Shown here: positions 12,903 through 24,937 of the stretch, piece after piece | Layout of the letters: each line of letters begins with the position of its first letter | How positions within the stretch are numbered: position 1 is the first letter of the stretch | NCBI GenBank assembly: GCA_965113315.1 | Contig: OZ220367.1 | Origin: Podarcis vaucheri | Lineage: Eukaryota | DNA: 64,000 nucleotides | Direction: 5' to 3' (one strand) | Notes under the pieces: generated by a model | Told to the model about the DNA's origin: nothing | Seen by the model: the letters and a program-made list of their open reading frames with translations, nothing else | The model's database searches: none | Made by a program: the position numbers and the translations under genes

Positions 12903-15541
12903 CAGGGCCGTCTTAAGCATATGTGGCGCTGGGGTGCAAAGATCCACCCAGCGCCCCTAGGTTGCCCAGAATGTAAGTTACTCTTGTTCTCAGTAAACAA
13001 AAACATATTATCAACATATACAAGGAGAAAAGTTGTTTTCCTTCATTTGCAAGGAATCATACAAAACAAAGTGGCACTAATAAAGAAAAGTTCCAGGGTG
13101 GCAACAGAAAGCAAACTGAAAATGCTTTTGCAGTTCATCGGAACTATCCAGCAATATCAAGTTATAGGAAAACTGGCGCTATTAACAATAACCCTAGTTG
13201 GGGACTTCTGGGTTAGCGCCTCCGGCAATGGCGGATTTCCTCTGATTGGGAGGAATCCGCTCCGTGGAAATCAGGGTCTGGACTGCCACGGCGAGGCGGA
13301 GACCCACTAAAAACCGCAGGCGGGAGAAGCCTGTGGATGTGGGATTCGGCTGGCACCTTTTGCACCTCCCCTACTCACGGGGAAACCCGGTTTTGGGGAT
13401 CCGGAGCGATGTGGGGTGAGCGGCACGGTGCTTCGAATCGACTGCTTCTTTCACGGAGTGAAGCCGCATTGCTGTTGCCGGAGAGCGCTGGCTTTTTCCT
13501 GTGGACAATTGGACTCTAAACAACTACCCGTGAGTAGAACGGAAAATTGGATCTCTAAACATCTTAATTTGGCACCGAAACGGGAAGGTTTCAAACAGGA
13601 AGTCCGCCTTCCTCTTTTGTAAATAGTTTGAAGCAAAATCGTTGCAAGCTAAAGTCTGGAAAGTCTTTTGTAAAGGATTAAATCTCCATCGGTTAAAATT
13701 ACTAAACCTCCCCTTGGAAGCAGGAGAAGAGGGGGGAAATTTTAGATAGCCTAAGCCTGCAGGAGAGAGAGTGAAGAAAGATAAATTACCACCGTTTTGA
13801 ACCTGGGAATGGGCTGCCAGTAAGATCGACGTTTTGGGAAAGTCCATTGACTGTGAATAAAATGTATGTTGACAGATAGTTAAACAAGAGAAATATATTG
13901 TTTCCATTGTTTCCTTTTGCACTTAAAAAGGAGCAAAAAAGTAACTGAAAATTGAGACTAACTTTGTTGCTGGATCTGCGCTTAAAAGGACGGATACAAA
14001 TAGAAATTGTTTCCCCTAGAGGGAGCTTTTGAAACTGTTGCAGGAGTGGAGCTGGGGAATTTTCCAGCTGCAGAGATTAAAGACCGTGAGAATCAGAGAT
14101 TGACCTTGGAAAAGAATGTTGACAGAAGAAGCCTTAGTGATTGCATTTTGCAAGACAAGTGCTTTATTGGAACAGCTTCATGAGAAGATGGATGTGAGGA
14201 TTATTAAAATTGACAATTTGGGACAAAAAATGACTGATTTGGGACAAAAAGTGAATACCTACACAGAAACTACTCAGGAATTGATTCAGGAATCTGTTTT
14301 GACATGGCAAGCTGTGGAGAAGACGAAGGAGAAAGTTGTTGTTGAACCTCAAGTAATTCAAGTGGAGAGAGCCCCGGCCTTACAGAGGCAATTTGATGAA
14401 CATAAGCTGTTGCCTTTTACGATTGAATCTAGAGAAAGCCAGATTTGGTGGGATGGAGCCCTACTTGGATTGGAGAAGGAAGTTGGATAGATCCCCTTAT
14501 GCAGGGATGTTCTGGCTTTTGGGATCTGGATTTGGGTCAAGGGGAGATTGGAGTTGTGGGGGCCTTTAGCTTCGGGGGGACTCTGAAACATGCTCTGAAA
14601 TATCTTTTGGACTCTAGTTCTGACTATGGAAAATGGGCTGACCTGTCAAGAAGGAATAAAGACATTGTTAGGTTGGAGTTTCCCCAAGATCTACTCCTCG
14701 GTGCCAAAGGAAGGAAATTAAGAACAAGATCAGCAGAAGATAAAGTAAAGTGCATGTATAAATATGAAGAAGATCTGCAGAAGGGACATGGAAAAGAGTT
14801 AAGAGCCTCGGACAGAAGATCACCAGGTTGATGGACCATATGAAATTGATAGAAAGGACTGACAGAATCCGAGACCAGGGAGAAGAGACGGTGGAAGAAG
14901 ATTGGGAAAAAAGTTTTTTAAAAAAATTATTTAGAGAAATATTGTAAAATTAATGAGTGTTAGAAAAATGTTGGAATGAAATCATACGGCTTTAGTAGAA
15001 ATGTTATAAGGAGTTAAGTATAAATAAGTTTTAGGGTTTTAATGGTAAGATAAGGTTAAAATAAATTAAGATAATTAAATGACAGAAAACAGTGAAAGAT
15101 GGAAAGGATTTGCTGAAATAATTAATAACTAGAACACAAAAAGGGAGGTGTGAGGAGGTCGATGAAACAAGTTAATGAAAGATAAAGATATGGAAATATT
15201 GGATGTGTTTTTAATTGTTTTCGCTTTTGCTTTTGTTTTGATGTATTGTGTTTTTTGTTTTTTTATATGTACTCTAATGTATTGATTTGTATTGTTTACT
15301 TTTTCTCTATCTTTTTTACTTCTTTCTGTAATTCTTAAACTTTTAATAAATATTATTTTTAAAAAACAAACAAACAAACAAACAAACAAACAGTAACCCT
15401 AGTTGGTTAATTGATTTGCAAACTTTCATGCACATGACGTCTGATGCTAATTCACCCCTGCCCAAAGAGTTAAATGAGATTCAGGTGAGGGTCATATACC
15501 TTGTCAATCCCAGCAGGTATATAACAGGAAGACCCGGCCTG
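12903..15541. mobile_element. hAT-type non-autonomous element (about 435 bp) split by the half-L1-like insertion
   Basis: Imperfect TIRs CAGGGCCGTCTT / AAGACCCGGCCTG and an 8-bp TSD CTCATTCA (12895-12902) / CCCATTCA (15542-15549). Confidence 0.65.
13200..15388 (+). mobile_element. Full-length non-autonomous L1-derived retroelement (half-L1-like: 5' UTR, single ORF, L1 3' tail)
   Basis: 16-bp TSD AACA(A/G)TAACCCTAGTT at 13184-13199 and 15389-15404. It starts with GGGGACTTC and a CpG-rich 5' region. The ORF at 14116-14831 has one frameshift and a coiled-coil-like N-terminus. It is followed by an L1 ORF2-terminal remnant (..TDRIRDQGEETVEEDWEK), AATAAA near 15345 and an A/(CAAA)n tail. There is no endonuclease or RT. 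Confidence 0.85.
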
Positions 15542-18339
15542 CCCATTCAGAATATATTTTTTATTGTTTTTCTCCTCTAAAAACTAGGTGTGTCTTTTGG
15601 AGCGAAAAATATGGTAATTTAGGCACTAAATGTTATAGATTGATAGATACTATTACTATACTAATATCCTTGATTAAGAAAAAGTTCCTTGTATTAAAGA
15701 GCTTCAGTGAAATGACATGATTTTGGAGAGAAAGTAGAAGAGGAGTCGTTATCACAGATAGAGATAGTAATTGCCATTTGGGCCAATTTGAGTATGGCAA
15801 GATCTTAAGCAGGATAAGTGCCATGCGCAGTCATAGCAAACGATTTCTCTAGAAAGATCTGGCATTCCTGAGCAATTGTTGGCTAGGATTCTGATCTCAC
15901 ACATACAGAGAGATGGAATTTTGCTAAAGGAAATTTGCTTTCAGATGTCGAGATCATTTGAGGAGAAGTTATACAGAACCTGGAAGAGATTATTTTTCCT
16001 GCTTACACAGCCAACAGCACTGCCACAGAATGCAGCTTTAGGACATCTAGACTAGAGAACTTTCCCAAATAGCCAAATGTTGCTTCTATGAATGCTTCAA
16101 AACTTTATGGTGATGCTGTCATCTGTTTCCAGGTAATGCATGCTTATTGTGCTACATGTCTATCTCACCTTTCCTTCACGTAGCTCAAAGCAGCATTCTG
16201 GGCTCCACACCTCCATCTTATCATCAGGACAATCCCATGAGGCAGAATGAGTGAACCAAAGCCATGCAGTGAGCTTCATGGCCAACTGAGGCTTTTTGAA
16301 CCCAGATCTCCCTCATCCTACTTTCTACCCCTGATGCCTTAAGAACCCTCATTTAGCATTGCCCACTCTCATCTTTGACTGAATCCCTTTAAAAATAACA
16401 GATAACTTACCTAGTACTGAATGGAACTCAGTTTTTGCAGTCTTCATGTTTTATTCAATTTTTTGTAATTTGGAGGGTAGGGGCTTCAGAAGGTACAAAA
16501 GTGTTTTCTTAGGAGAGAAGAGGGAAGCTATCTCTGTTGCCTTGGCTATCGAACCATCTTTGATTTGGATTTCGCCACTTTTTTGGGGTGTGTGTGCTCC
16601 CCTGGGTGTGCAAAAACTTCTGGTTTGTTCATTGGGGGCTCTTTTTGATACCAATGTGGTTTTCATGGGACCATTGAAGTTGTTATTAGGATGATGCTGA
16701 AAAATATGACAAGGAGATAAAAGTAAACTTCATCTCTGGGGTGAATTCATGTTTTCAAAATGATGCTGTTCTTGCCTTTTAAAAGGACTTGAACTTAAAT
16801 TGTTTTAATAGAGCACAACTGAGGGAACTCTCCGACTCAGGAGACTGCACCAAATGGAACATTGGCTGGTCTTTTCTGAAGTATATCCATTTATAGCATT
16901 CCCACTACAAGTTAGTTGTTTACATGAAAATACTTTCAAATAACCAGAGGTGTGAATATTTACTCCTGTCAAAGTGACTATGGCTGTTTCCAGGCAAAGC
17001 TACTGAACCTTTAAAGGAATTGCACTGAATTTTCTCTTTAGGAATAAGGATAAAGACAGCAACTGAAAGGGGTAAGTACCAGAAAAAGAAAACTGGGTTA
17101 ATGGATGGACTGGTAAGATGGGAGTCAGAAGCACCCTTTTAGAAAAATATCTTAGAAGGTTGTTAATTTTTGTGAATATGTCTACTGGCATAAGCAAAAG
17201 CGGCAAAAAGGGTGTTTGGGAGGAAGGGTAGGATATAAACAATCATTTACATGCTTACATGCAATTTAAACATGAAGCTTGATTTTTTAAATAAAAAATC
17301 CACACTAAATAGGACAGACCTATGTTTGAGTGTCAGTGAAACAGAAATGGGAGTGGCTTAGTCATGAACAGATCAAATGATTACCGGTCCCTCAGCTCTG
17401 TGGTAAACCCCACACTGAGTAGTAGGTGATTGATCTACATCAGTGGTTCCCAACCAGGAGGAGAGACAGGTGATATGGGGTTATCGCAGGGGCCACAAAA
17501 AGTTATCCCACCCCTTCATTTAAAGGAGGGAGGAGGCTTCTTCAAAGAGCACCTTAAGACAGTCTCCCTGTTCCTGGTAAGTTCCTCTGGGGGCTGTGAT
17601 GTAGCCCTGCCCCATCTCAGGCAGACCGGACACTTCTTGTGGGCATGTGGAGTTGGGAAAATGCGAAGGTGCAGGGCCCTGGCAGCAGCAGCTGTAGCAG
17701 CTTGTTCACCCTCTTCACTGCTCGGACACACTTTTGTGGAGCTTGAGAATAACAGGTTAGCCTGAAGGTGCTACTTCCAAAGGGATTTGCTGCTTAGAGA
17801 TCTTTCTGCCTCACCATTCACTCCAGCTGTATCTCTAAAGCTTTTAATTTATTTGTAAAAAAGTAGAAATTCTCACCAAACCGCTGCAGTGTACCACCGA
17901 CTTTGATTGCAAGAATAGTTTTTTTTAAAAAAAAAAAAAAAATAAAGCAACAACAATCCCAAAGCTCTATTGTCAGAATTCATAATACAGGTTAGGCTCT
18001 CTTTAAAAAGGCTTCCATAATTCAAAACACTTAAATGCACAGGTTTTTGTGCATCTGCTTTTATACTCCATTCTCTCTTCTTCCCATTAGTAAGTTTGTT
18101 CTTTTTTTGTCCTTGGATTTTTAAAAGCCTGCCCTTATTCCCTTTCTCTGCCCCACCCCCTCCGAATGCTGGAACACTTGAAGACTCTTTTGTGATGCTA
18201 TAAAACTTGTCAGGTATTTCCAGCTTTAATGAACATTTTCGCCTTTTCACCTTTTGCCTTCCATTCTTCAGAACTTTTCCCTGTGTGAGAAAGGGACTTT
18301 ACTAAAGGAGACAGAAAGTCAATAGGAAGTTGTCCTTTC

Positions 18340-18343
<4 letters not shown>

Positions 18344-18389
<46 letters not shown>
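18344..18389. repeat. (TC)n microsatellite
   Basis: Seen directly. Confidence 0.95.
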
Positions 18390-18391
<2 letters not shown>

Positions 18392-18594
18392 CTTTTTAAG
18401 TGCAGTGCAATCCTAATATGTCTACTTAGAAGAAACTCTGGGAAGAAAGACCCTGATCTGCCCACTCTCATCTCTCTAAGCCAGTATGCCAAGCATCTCT
18501 TGCCACAGAGTGCAGGGAGCACTGGCTCAGGGCCTTTCGAAAAACCAATGGCTTTCGTGCATCCCCAGTTCCCCTCTTTGTTTCTGGTGCTGTA

Positions 18595-18848
18595 GAGGAA
18601 GAAGAGGAAGAGTTTGGATTTGATATCCCGCCTTATCACTACCCGAAGGAGATTCAAAGCGGCTAACATTCTCCTTTCCCTTCTTCCCCCACAACAAACA
18701 CTCTGTGAGGTGAGTGGGGCTGAGAGACTTCAGAGAAGTGTGACTGGCCCAAGGTCACCCAGCAGATGCATGTGGAGGAGCGGAGACGCGAACCCGGTTC
18801 ACCAGATTACGAGTTTATCGCTCTTAACCACTACACCACACTGGCTCT
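18595..18848 (-). mobile_element. tRNA-derived SINE, same family as 2237
   Basis: Reverse-complement copy with a (GAA/GAG)n tail. Confidence 0.85.
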
Positions 18849-19011
18849 CTGACAAAAAAGGATGGTGGTGGCAGCAACTACTGGACAGTGAGACCCGGAT
18901 AACAGCACTGCAGGGCTGTTGTGCAAAGTTGGGTAAAGAAGGGGGGGTGAGAGGCTCTGCTGAATGCTCCCTCTCCTTCACAAACCCAATAATTTTAATT
19001 GTACGTATGAG

Positions 19012-19327
19012 CAGGGGCATAGGAAGCAGTGGGGGCGGGTAAGGGCAGGGAGCTGCGATGCTTTGCTGGTGGCATTCCTCCCTTCCCCCTTCATTTTGAC
19101 AGCTTGGGGGAGGCTTGGGAGTTGCGGGCGGGCAGTGCGCCAAATGTCTGCCATGGTGGCTCACTCTGGCCCCGTGATTGGCTCGCTCCGCCCCTGGCTG
19201 CAGGGCATGTGCGTGCTGCTCAGGGGCACCCAAGCGGCTATCCTGAGCCTGGGAGGGCACCCTCTGCGCCACGCCGCTCTTGGGAGTGTGCCCGCCCTGG
19301 GCAGCATGGGCCTATGCTCCGCCACTG
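19012..19327. mobile_element. GC-rich hAT-type MITE
   Basis: Imperfect TIRs CAGGGGCATAG / CTCCGCCACTG and a degenerate 8-bp TSD CGTATGAG / CTTATGAT. Confidence 0.6.
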
Positions 19328-19782
19328 CTTATGATAGGGGAAGCAAGTATAGAAGTGAGTTTTCAGTGACAGGAAATGTGCATGCTCATCTTGTGGAAAA
19401 CATTTAATGAAAAGTGCCGTCTTTTAAGTCTCTCTGTTGCCATGTTTGGAGAACAAGTGGCTGTTACATATTGGCAGGCCCTCATCATAAAGAGCTTCCT
19501 GAACCAGGAGCTGAACATGATACATTGCTCAATATTCTGGGTGCGCGGACTTCTTTCCAGATAGCACTTGTACCCAGAGGGAACACTTAAAACGGGTGTC
19601 CAGTTGCCCTGGCATCAACCAGGCTTGATTCACCACTCTGGGTGGTTTACTCTCAACTCGTGAAATTTTGCTTTACCGGCCTGATTTCTATGAACCGTTG
19701 AAGCAGTGAACAGTGTTGGACAGGTGGGCAAGGTAATCCCTGGTGTGGCAGAGAAAAATTGACTAGCCAGTTCCTTTCTTTA

Positions 19783-20008
19783 CAATGGTACCTCGGGTTA
19801 AGAACTTAATTCGCTCTGGAGGTCTGTTCTTAACCTGAAACTGTTCTTAACCTGAAGCACCACTTTAGCTAATGGGGCCTCCTGCTGCCGCCATGCCGCT
19901 GCTGCACAATTTCTGTTCTCATCCTGAAGCAAAGTTCTTAACCCGAGGTACTATTTCTGGGTTAGCGGAGTCTGTAACCTGAAGCGTCTGTAACCCGAGG
20001 TACCACTG
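19783..20008. mobile_element. Tc1/mariner-type MITE (CAGTGGTACCTC family)
   Basis: TA TSDs and TIRs; opposite orientation to 12259. Confidence 0.88.
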
Positions 20009-20381
20009 TACTGACTTCTACTGCAGCCAGCTGATGAACAGTAAGCAGAGGCGTCTTTCCCATAGGGCTTAGTGGTTCATTGCGCCAGGGCGATGGCCTC
20101 TCAGGGGCGCCCCAGTGAGTGGGGGAGCTGCGTGGCTTTGCTGGTGGCCTGCCCTTTCCCTGCATGCCTGCCAGCTGCGCCTTGCCAACCATATGGCTGG
20201 TGGGCTTGCAGCTTCCTTCCCAAGCCTCTGCAGGAGGAGAGCGATCCCTGCAGAGGCTTAGGATGGAAGCTGTGCCCTGCCAACTATATGGCTGCCCTGG
20301 CGCGCAACGCCCTCTCTCTCTCTCTCTCTCTCTCTCTCGTTTGCCCGCCCTGTGGGAAGAGGGAGGCGGGCGATGGTAAGG

Positions 20382-20511
20382 NNNNNNNNNNNNNNNNNNN
20401 NNNNNNNNNNNNNNNNNNNNNNNNNNNNNNNNNNNNNNNNNNNNNNNNNNNNNNNNNNNNNNNNNNNNNNNNNNNNNNNNNNNNNNNNNNNNNNNNNNNN
20501 NNNNNNNNNNN
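20382..20511. other. Assembly gap
   Basis: Run of N. Confidence 1.
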
Positions 20512-20868
20512 GCCCCCTTTCTTCCTCCTCTAGTCAGCTGTGGAGCCTCCTCACTGGGTTTGTTGCCCTGCTTGCCCGTCCTGTTCAGCTACATCTAGCC
20601 CGAGCCGTAGGTAACAGCAGCTGCTGCCCTGGTTTCTCTCTCTCCCTGGAATCGTGCCCTGTGTTTAATGTTACGGGCAACTCTATCTCGGGAAGGGAAG
20701 CCTCCCCCCTTTGCTCTTCTTCTTCCTCGGGGGTGGGCTCCTTCTCCGGCCCCACCGACAAGGTCCCTAGTGGTTGTAAAGCACGCCAGACCATTTAGCA
20801 TCGACCCCATTCATACTAGCAGCTGACCATCACCCACTCACTCCAAGCCCTGCAAAAAATATAATCAC

Positions 20869-20869
<1 letters not shown>

Positions 20870-20909
<40 letters not shown>

Positions 20910-20932
20910 GTACTACTACTACTACTACTACT
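20870..20932. repeat. Compound (TTA)n(CTA)n microsatellite, probably an L2 tail
   Basis: Seen directly; followed by ctgccctcc...cagggcggctcaca, which resembles an L2 3' end on the minus strand. Confidence 0.85.
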
Positions 20933-21641
20933 GCCCTCCACCCATGGATATCAGGGCGGCTCACAGCCTGAAACTACGGTACTAAGCACATGCTAAAAAC
21001 TAGAACAAAGGCAAACCAAACCAACCCAGCAACGCTCCTGCTCCCTTATTTGTGAAACAAGCCTGTTAATTGCCTGTCCAACTAAAAAAAAAAAAAAAGG
21101 CACTGAAGGTTTCTGAGATCAATGCAAGCTAAAAGGGTTTCCAAGTTCATAATAGTTTTTGTCATTATGTTTTCTCAGTTAATGAAGCCTAACATTACAA
21201 TGATTAGCATGTGGCCACCAACAGCCCCTGGAATTATTATTTTTTAGGTAACAAAGAGCACCTATATTCATACAAGTTGAGAACAACTGGCCTAGATGAG
21301 CCCTAAGGTTGCTCCCAGTTCTAAAATTGCTTGATTCTATTATTAAATGAACAAACAACTAGAAGTGGTGTTCAAGATGTCTAAGCAAACAGCTGTTCCC
21401 TCAATGCACGGCTTCCCTGTACTTCTCTGTAGCATCTTATCTTGGCAATGGTGAATTCAGTGTTCTTTGGTTTATTTTTGCATTGCGAAATAACTTTTCC
21501 ACTGACTGTATTTATTTACTGTTTTTTCTATTTCTAAAAAAATAAATGAATGTTAACATTAGACTCTAATCTAATGATTAGATATGAGTCATATGTGATT
21601 TGCATTCATTTTGTGTAGTATTCATTATGAAGTAAATAAAA

Positions 21642-21655
21642 CCACTAGGTGGCAA
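21642..21655 (+). promoter_or_regulatory. Candidate CTCF site
   Basis: CCACTAGGTGGCAA closely fits the CTCF core CCASYAGRKGGCR in unique AT-rich DNA; motif match only. Confidence 0.4.
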
Positions 21656-21970
21656 CACTCACATTATTTAAAAAGCTTTGCAGGCATGAAACAAATGTCT
21701 GGTTTGACTTCGCACATACATGGGACATGAATCTTCTGACTTGATCATCCTTTGCTTCTGCTAACATCTGAAGTAGGAGCTGTACTTATATAATAGCTTC
21801 TGTTCCTAAAAGTTTAATAATTTCTCACGGGAAACAATTAAAACTACCATGCTGGAGAATGGAAGTTACTTTATTTTGCATTTTCTTGCTTTCCAGAATT
21901 TAATCCTAAGCAGTGTTGGCATCAAAGTTTGAAAATAATGGGCTCAAAATACATTTTCCAGTGTTGTAAG

Positions 21971-22381
21971 TGTTAGAATTCCTGCTCCATGATTGCAGAC
22001 ATGGGATTTTTGTCTTTCACATGATGGTATACGTTTTGACTCCACAGAATGGGAAGTGACGAAGACAGGATGTTTGTGTTACTGTGTTCCATTAAGTGGG
22101 ACTATTGTCCTTTTTCTCTTTGCTGTCTGGTGCTAGAGAGAGAGGGAGCCATGTTGCAGTGCTCCGTGTGTGTTTATATGTAAATAAAGTAGATTAGCCA
22201 AAATGCTGAGTTGCTGAGGTCTGTTACACATGAAGCGCAAACTCTGCGGATCCCTAAGTGTGCCAGTGTCAGTTGGCATCGGTCGCTGTGATGTTTGGAC
22301 AGAAGAAAGCTTATGAAGCTCCCGAACGATCGACCAGGAGGGAGAGAACATTCCAGTCGAGTGTAGGCTGAACTCCTGTCA
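21971..22381 (+). mobile_element. Solo LTR (second family)
   Basis: TGTTAG...CTGTCA termini, perfect 5-bp TSD GTAAG (21966-21970 / 22382-22386) and internal AATAAA near 22183. Confidence 0.82.
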
Positions 22382-23263
22382 GTAAGAGTCTGGATGTTTT
22401 CTGAGAAAAGCTCCATTGCTCGGAGAGCTCCCTTCCTCTGTTTATGATTTGAATTGTGATGCTCTGTATATGCTACAGCTTGTTTTCATCCATTGTACCA
22501 CAGAGAGTTTTCATCCTCCAAGCCTCTTCTCTCCAAACGACTCATCTCAGGGTTATTTGGCCGTCTTCCAAAGTATTCCTTCCACTCTGCCCTTAGATGA
22601 TTCCAAGACCTTTCTGCACTTTCGAGGCATGCACACCTTCACCGTAATCAAACAAAAATGGCACAAAGGCGCATGAAGGTCAAGCCAAAGCACTTCTCAT
22701 CAGCTAAATGAATAGTTTTAATAAATGCCCAGTTGGAAATGCAGACCCAGAAGTTGCATTCCTGGCCTTTAGGGGACATTCAAACAAGGGCGAGCGGAAC
22801 AGAAACAAATCAAGGAGACGTTCCCAAACAAAAGGTTTCAACCTGTATAATTTTAGTAGCTACCTAGAGCCTTGTATTATGAGACTCTCAATACTGAATG
22901 GACAGGAACATGGGAAGCTGCCTTATGCAAAGTACTCACTCAGTGCTGTAGCCGCAAACTGGCAGCAAGTTTGACACAAGGCCTCACCCAGCCTTATCTA
23001 GAGATTCTGGGCATTGAATCTGCCACATTTTGCATGTAGTACATGTGGTGTACCACTGAGCCACTGAGGATATTTTATGTTCCCCAACCCATGTCAAACA
23101 CTCCTTGAAATTATTATGGCTTTACCTGCTGAAATGGCAACAGGTACTATTAAACAAAATGGACCCAATCAAACTGGTTCCTTCCATGTGGCATTAGGTG
23201 AATGCAGCTGTTTCATGAGTCCAGCTTCCAACTCACAGGTTGCTACTTAGTCACCATGTGTTT

Positions 23264-23497
23264 AGAAGAAGAGTTTGGATTTGATATCCCGCTTTATCAC
23301 TACCCTAAGGAGTCTCAAAGCGGCTAACATTCTCCTTTCCCTTCCTCCCCCACAGCAAACACTCTGTGAGGTGAGTGAGGCTGAGAGACTTCACAGAAGT
23401 GTGACTAGCCCAAGGTCACCCAGCAGCTGCATGTGGAGGAGTGGAGATGTGAACCCGGTTCACCAGATTACAAGACTACTGCTCTTAACCACTACAT
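23264..23497 (-). mobile_element. tRNA-derived SINE, same family as 2237
   Basis: Reverse-complement copy. Confidence 0.85.
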
Positions 23498-23626
23498 CAC
23501 ACATTACTTCCCCCAAAGATTCACGAGAACAGTACTTTGTTAAGGGTGCTGCAAATTGTAGCTTGTGGGGTGGGGAAGTAAACTCCAGTTCCCAGGATTC
23601 TTTGGGGAAAGTCATGGGCTCTAAAC

Positions 23627-24170
23627 CAGGGGTCAGCAAACTAAGGTCTGCGGGCCGGATCAGGCCCAATGGCCTTCAGGACTGTCTGTGGATTGGCATG
23701 GGGATTCTGTTCATTCGGGTTGCACCATTCCCCCCCATGCTATTTCATCCCCCCTCCCTCACACACACCGCAGCGGCACCTCCTCCCTCCCTCCTCCTGT
23801 CTTCTCCCTGCCCTGCCTAGAGGAGGAAGGGGGCTGGTCTGAGCTGGCTGAGCGCCATTTTAAGCAGGCTCTCTCCGGAGCCAGCCCTTTTGCACCTCTC
23901 ATCTTCCCTCCACTGCCACCATCCTAGTGCTCCTGTGGGCCAGAGAGCGGAGTGGACGAGCTCACTCTGCCTACCCACGAGAAGCAGCAGTGGTGGCGGC
24001 AGCTCCAGAGGAGGTAAGTGCAGCGGCTGGGGCTGGCGGGGGGAAGGAGGACTACTTGCCCCCTTGCCTCTTCCTCCAGCTCTCTCCCCCCCAGTGCCGC
24101 TTCTCCGGCCCACCACAAGGTCTGAGGGACAGTGGACTGGCCCGCTGCTAAATTTTTTTGCTGATCCCTG
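23627..24170. mobile_element. GC-rich hAT (Charlie-like) non-autonomous element
   Basis: TIRs CAGGGGTCAGCAAA / TTTGCTGATCCCTG and an 8-bp TSD CTCTAAAC / TTCTAAAC. Confidence 0.82.
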
Positions 24171-24711
24171 TTCTAAACGTCCTCTCCACTGAAATGTTTT
24201 CCTACAGGAAACAGGTGAAGATACAGTATATTCAGGCCTGAGCTTTTAAAACGTTCATTGTTGGCAACTTTGTAGATTCAAATCCTATTTTAGGCGCCGT
24301 AAAGCTCAGCTACTTTCCCCATTCTACGTTTTATCGCGCTGGTTGACAGCATAGTAATTCATAGCATGAATTCAAGCCTGACATTAAAAATTAAATGGCA
24401 GCTTGGAGTGCTTACATTATTAATAGCCATAGTGTGTGTGTGTGTGTGTAAATCTCTCTTTTTTTATAGCTATAACATGTGGTTCATGAGAAACAAGTGA
24501 AAGATGGCGAACTTATTGCAGATTCTGTGTAGCTCTCTTTAAATAATGACCCCCCCCCCAAGATTAAAGAGGGAGATCAATGGGGCATTGTTCGGCCAAA
24601 GCTAAAAGTTCAATTTTATTTCAGTTGGAAACATGTCCAGCACAATCCTAAGCACATTTATTCAGAGGTAAGACCTTCTGAGTTCAATAGCACACACTCT
24701 CCCAGTGAGTA

Positions 24712-24937
24712 CAGTGGTACCTTGGGTTACATACGCTTCAGGTTACACACTCTGCTAACCCAGAAATAGTGCTTCAGGTTAAGAACTTTGCTTCAGGATA
24801 AGAACAAAAATCAGGCTCCGGCGGCACAGCAGCAGTGGGAGGACCCATTAGCTAAAGTGGTGCTTCAGGTTAAGAACAGTTTCAGGTTAAGAACAGACCT
24901 CCGGAATAAATTAAGTACTTAACCTGAGGTACCACTG
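24712..24937. mobile_element. Tc1/mariner-type MITE (CAGTGGTACC family)
   Basis: TA TSDs and TIRs; inserted in an older short palindromic repeat (gcacaatccta...taggattgcagc). Confidence 0.88.

Noticed and set aside
18614-19407. Recurring ORFs such as MDLISRLITT...SGAERLQRSVT (also at 23275, 41064, 57845 and 2093)
   Set aside because: Antisense translations of a multi-copy tRNA-derived SINE, not a gene family.
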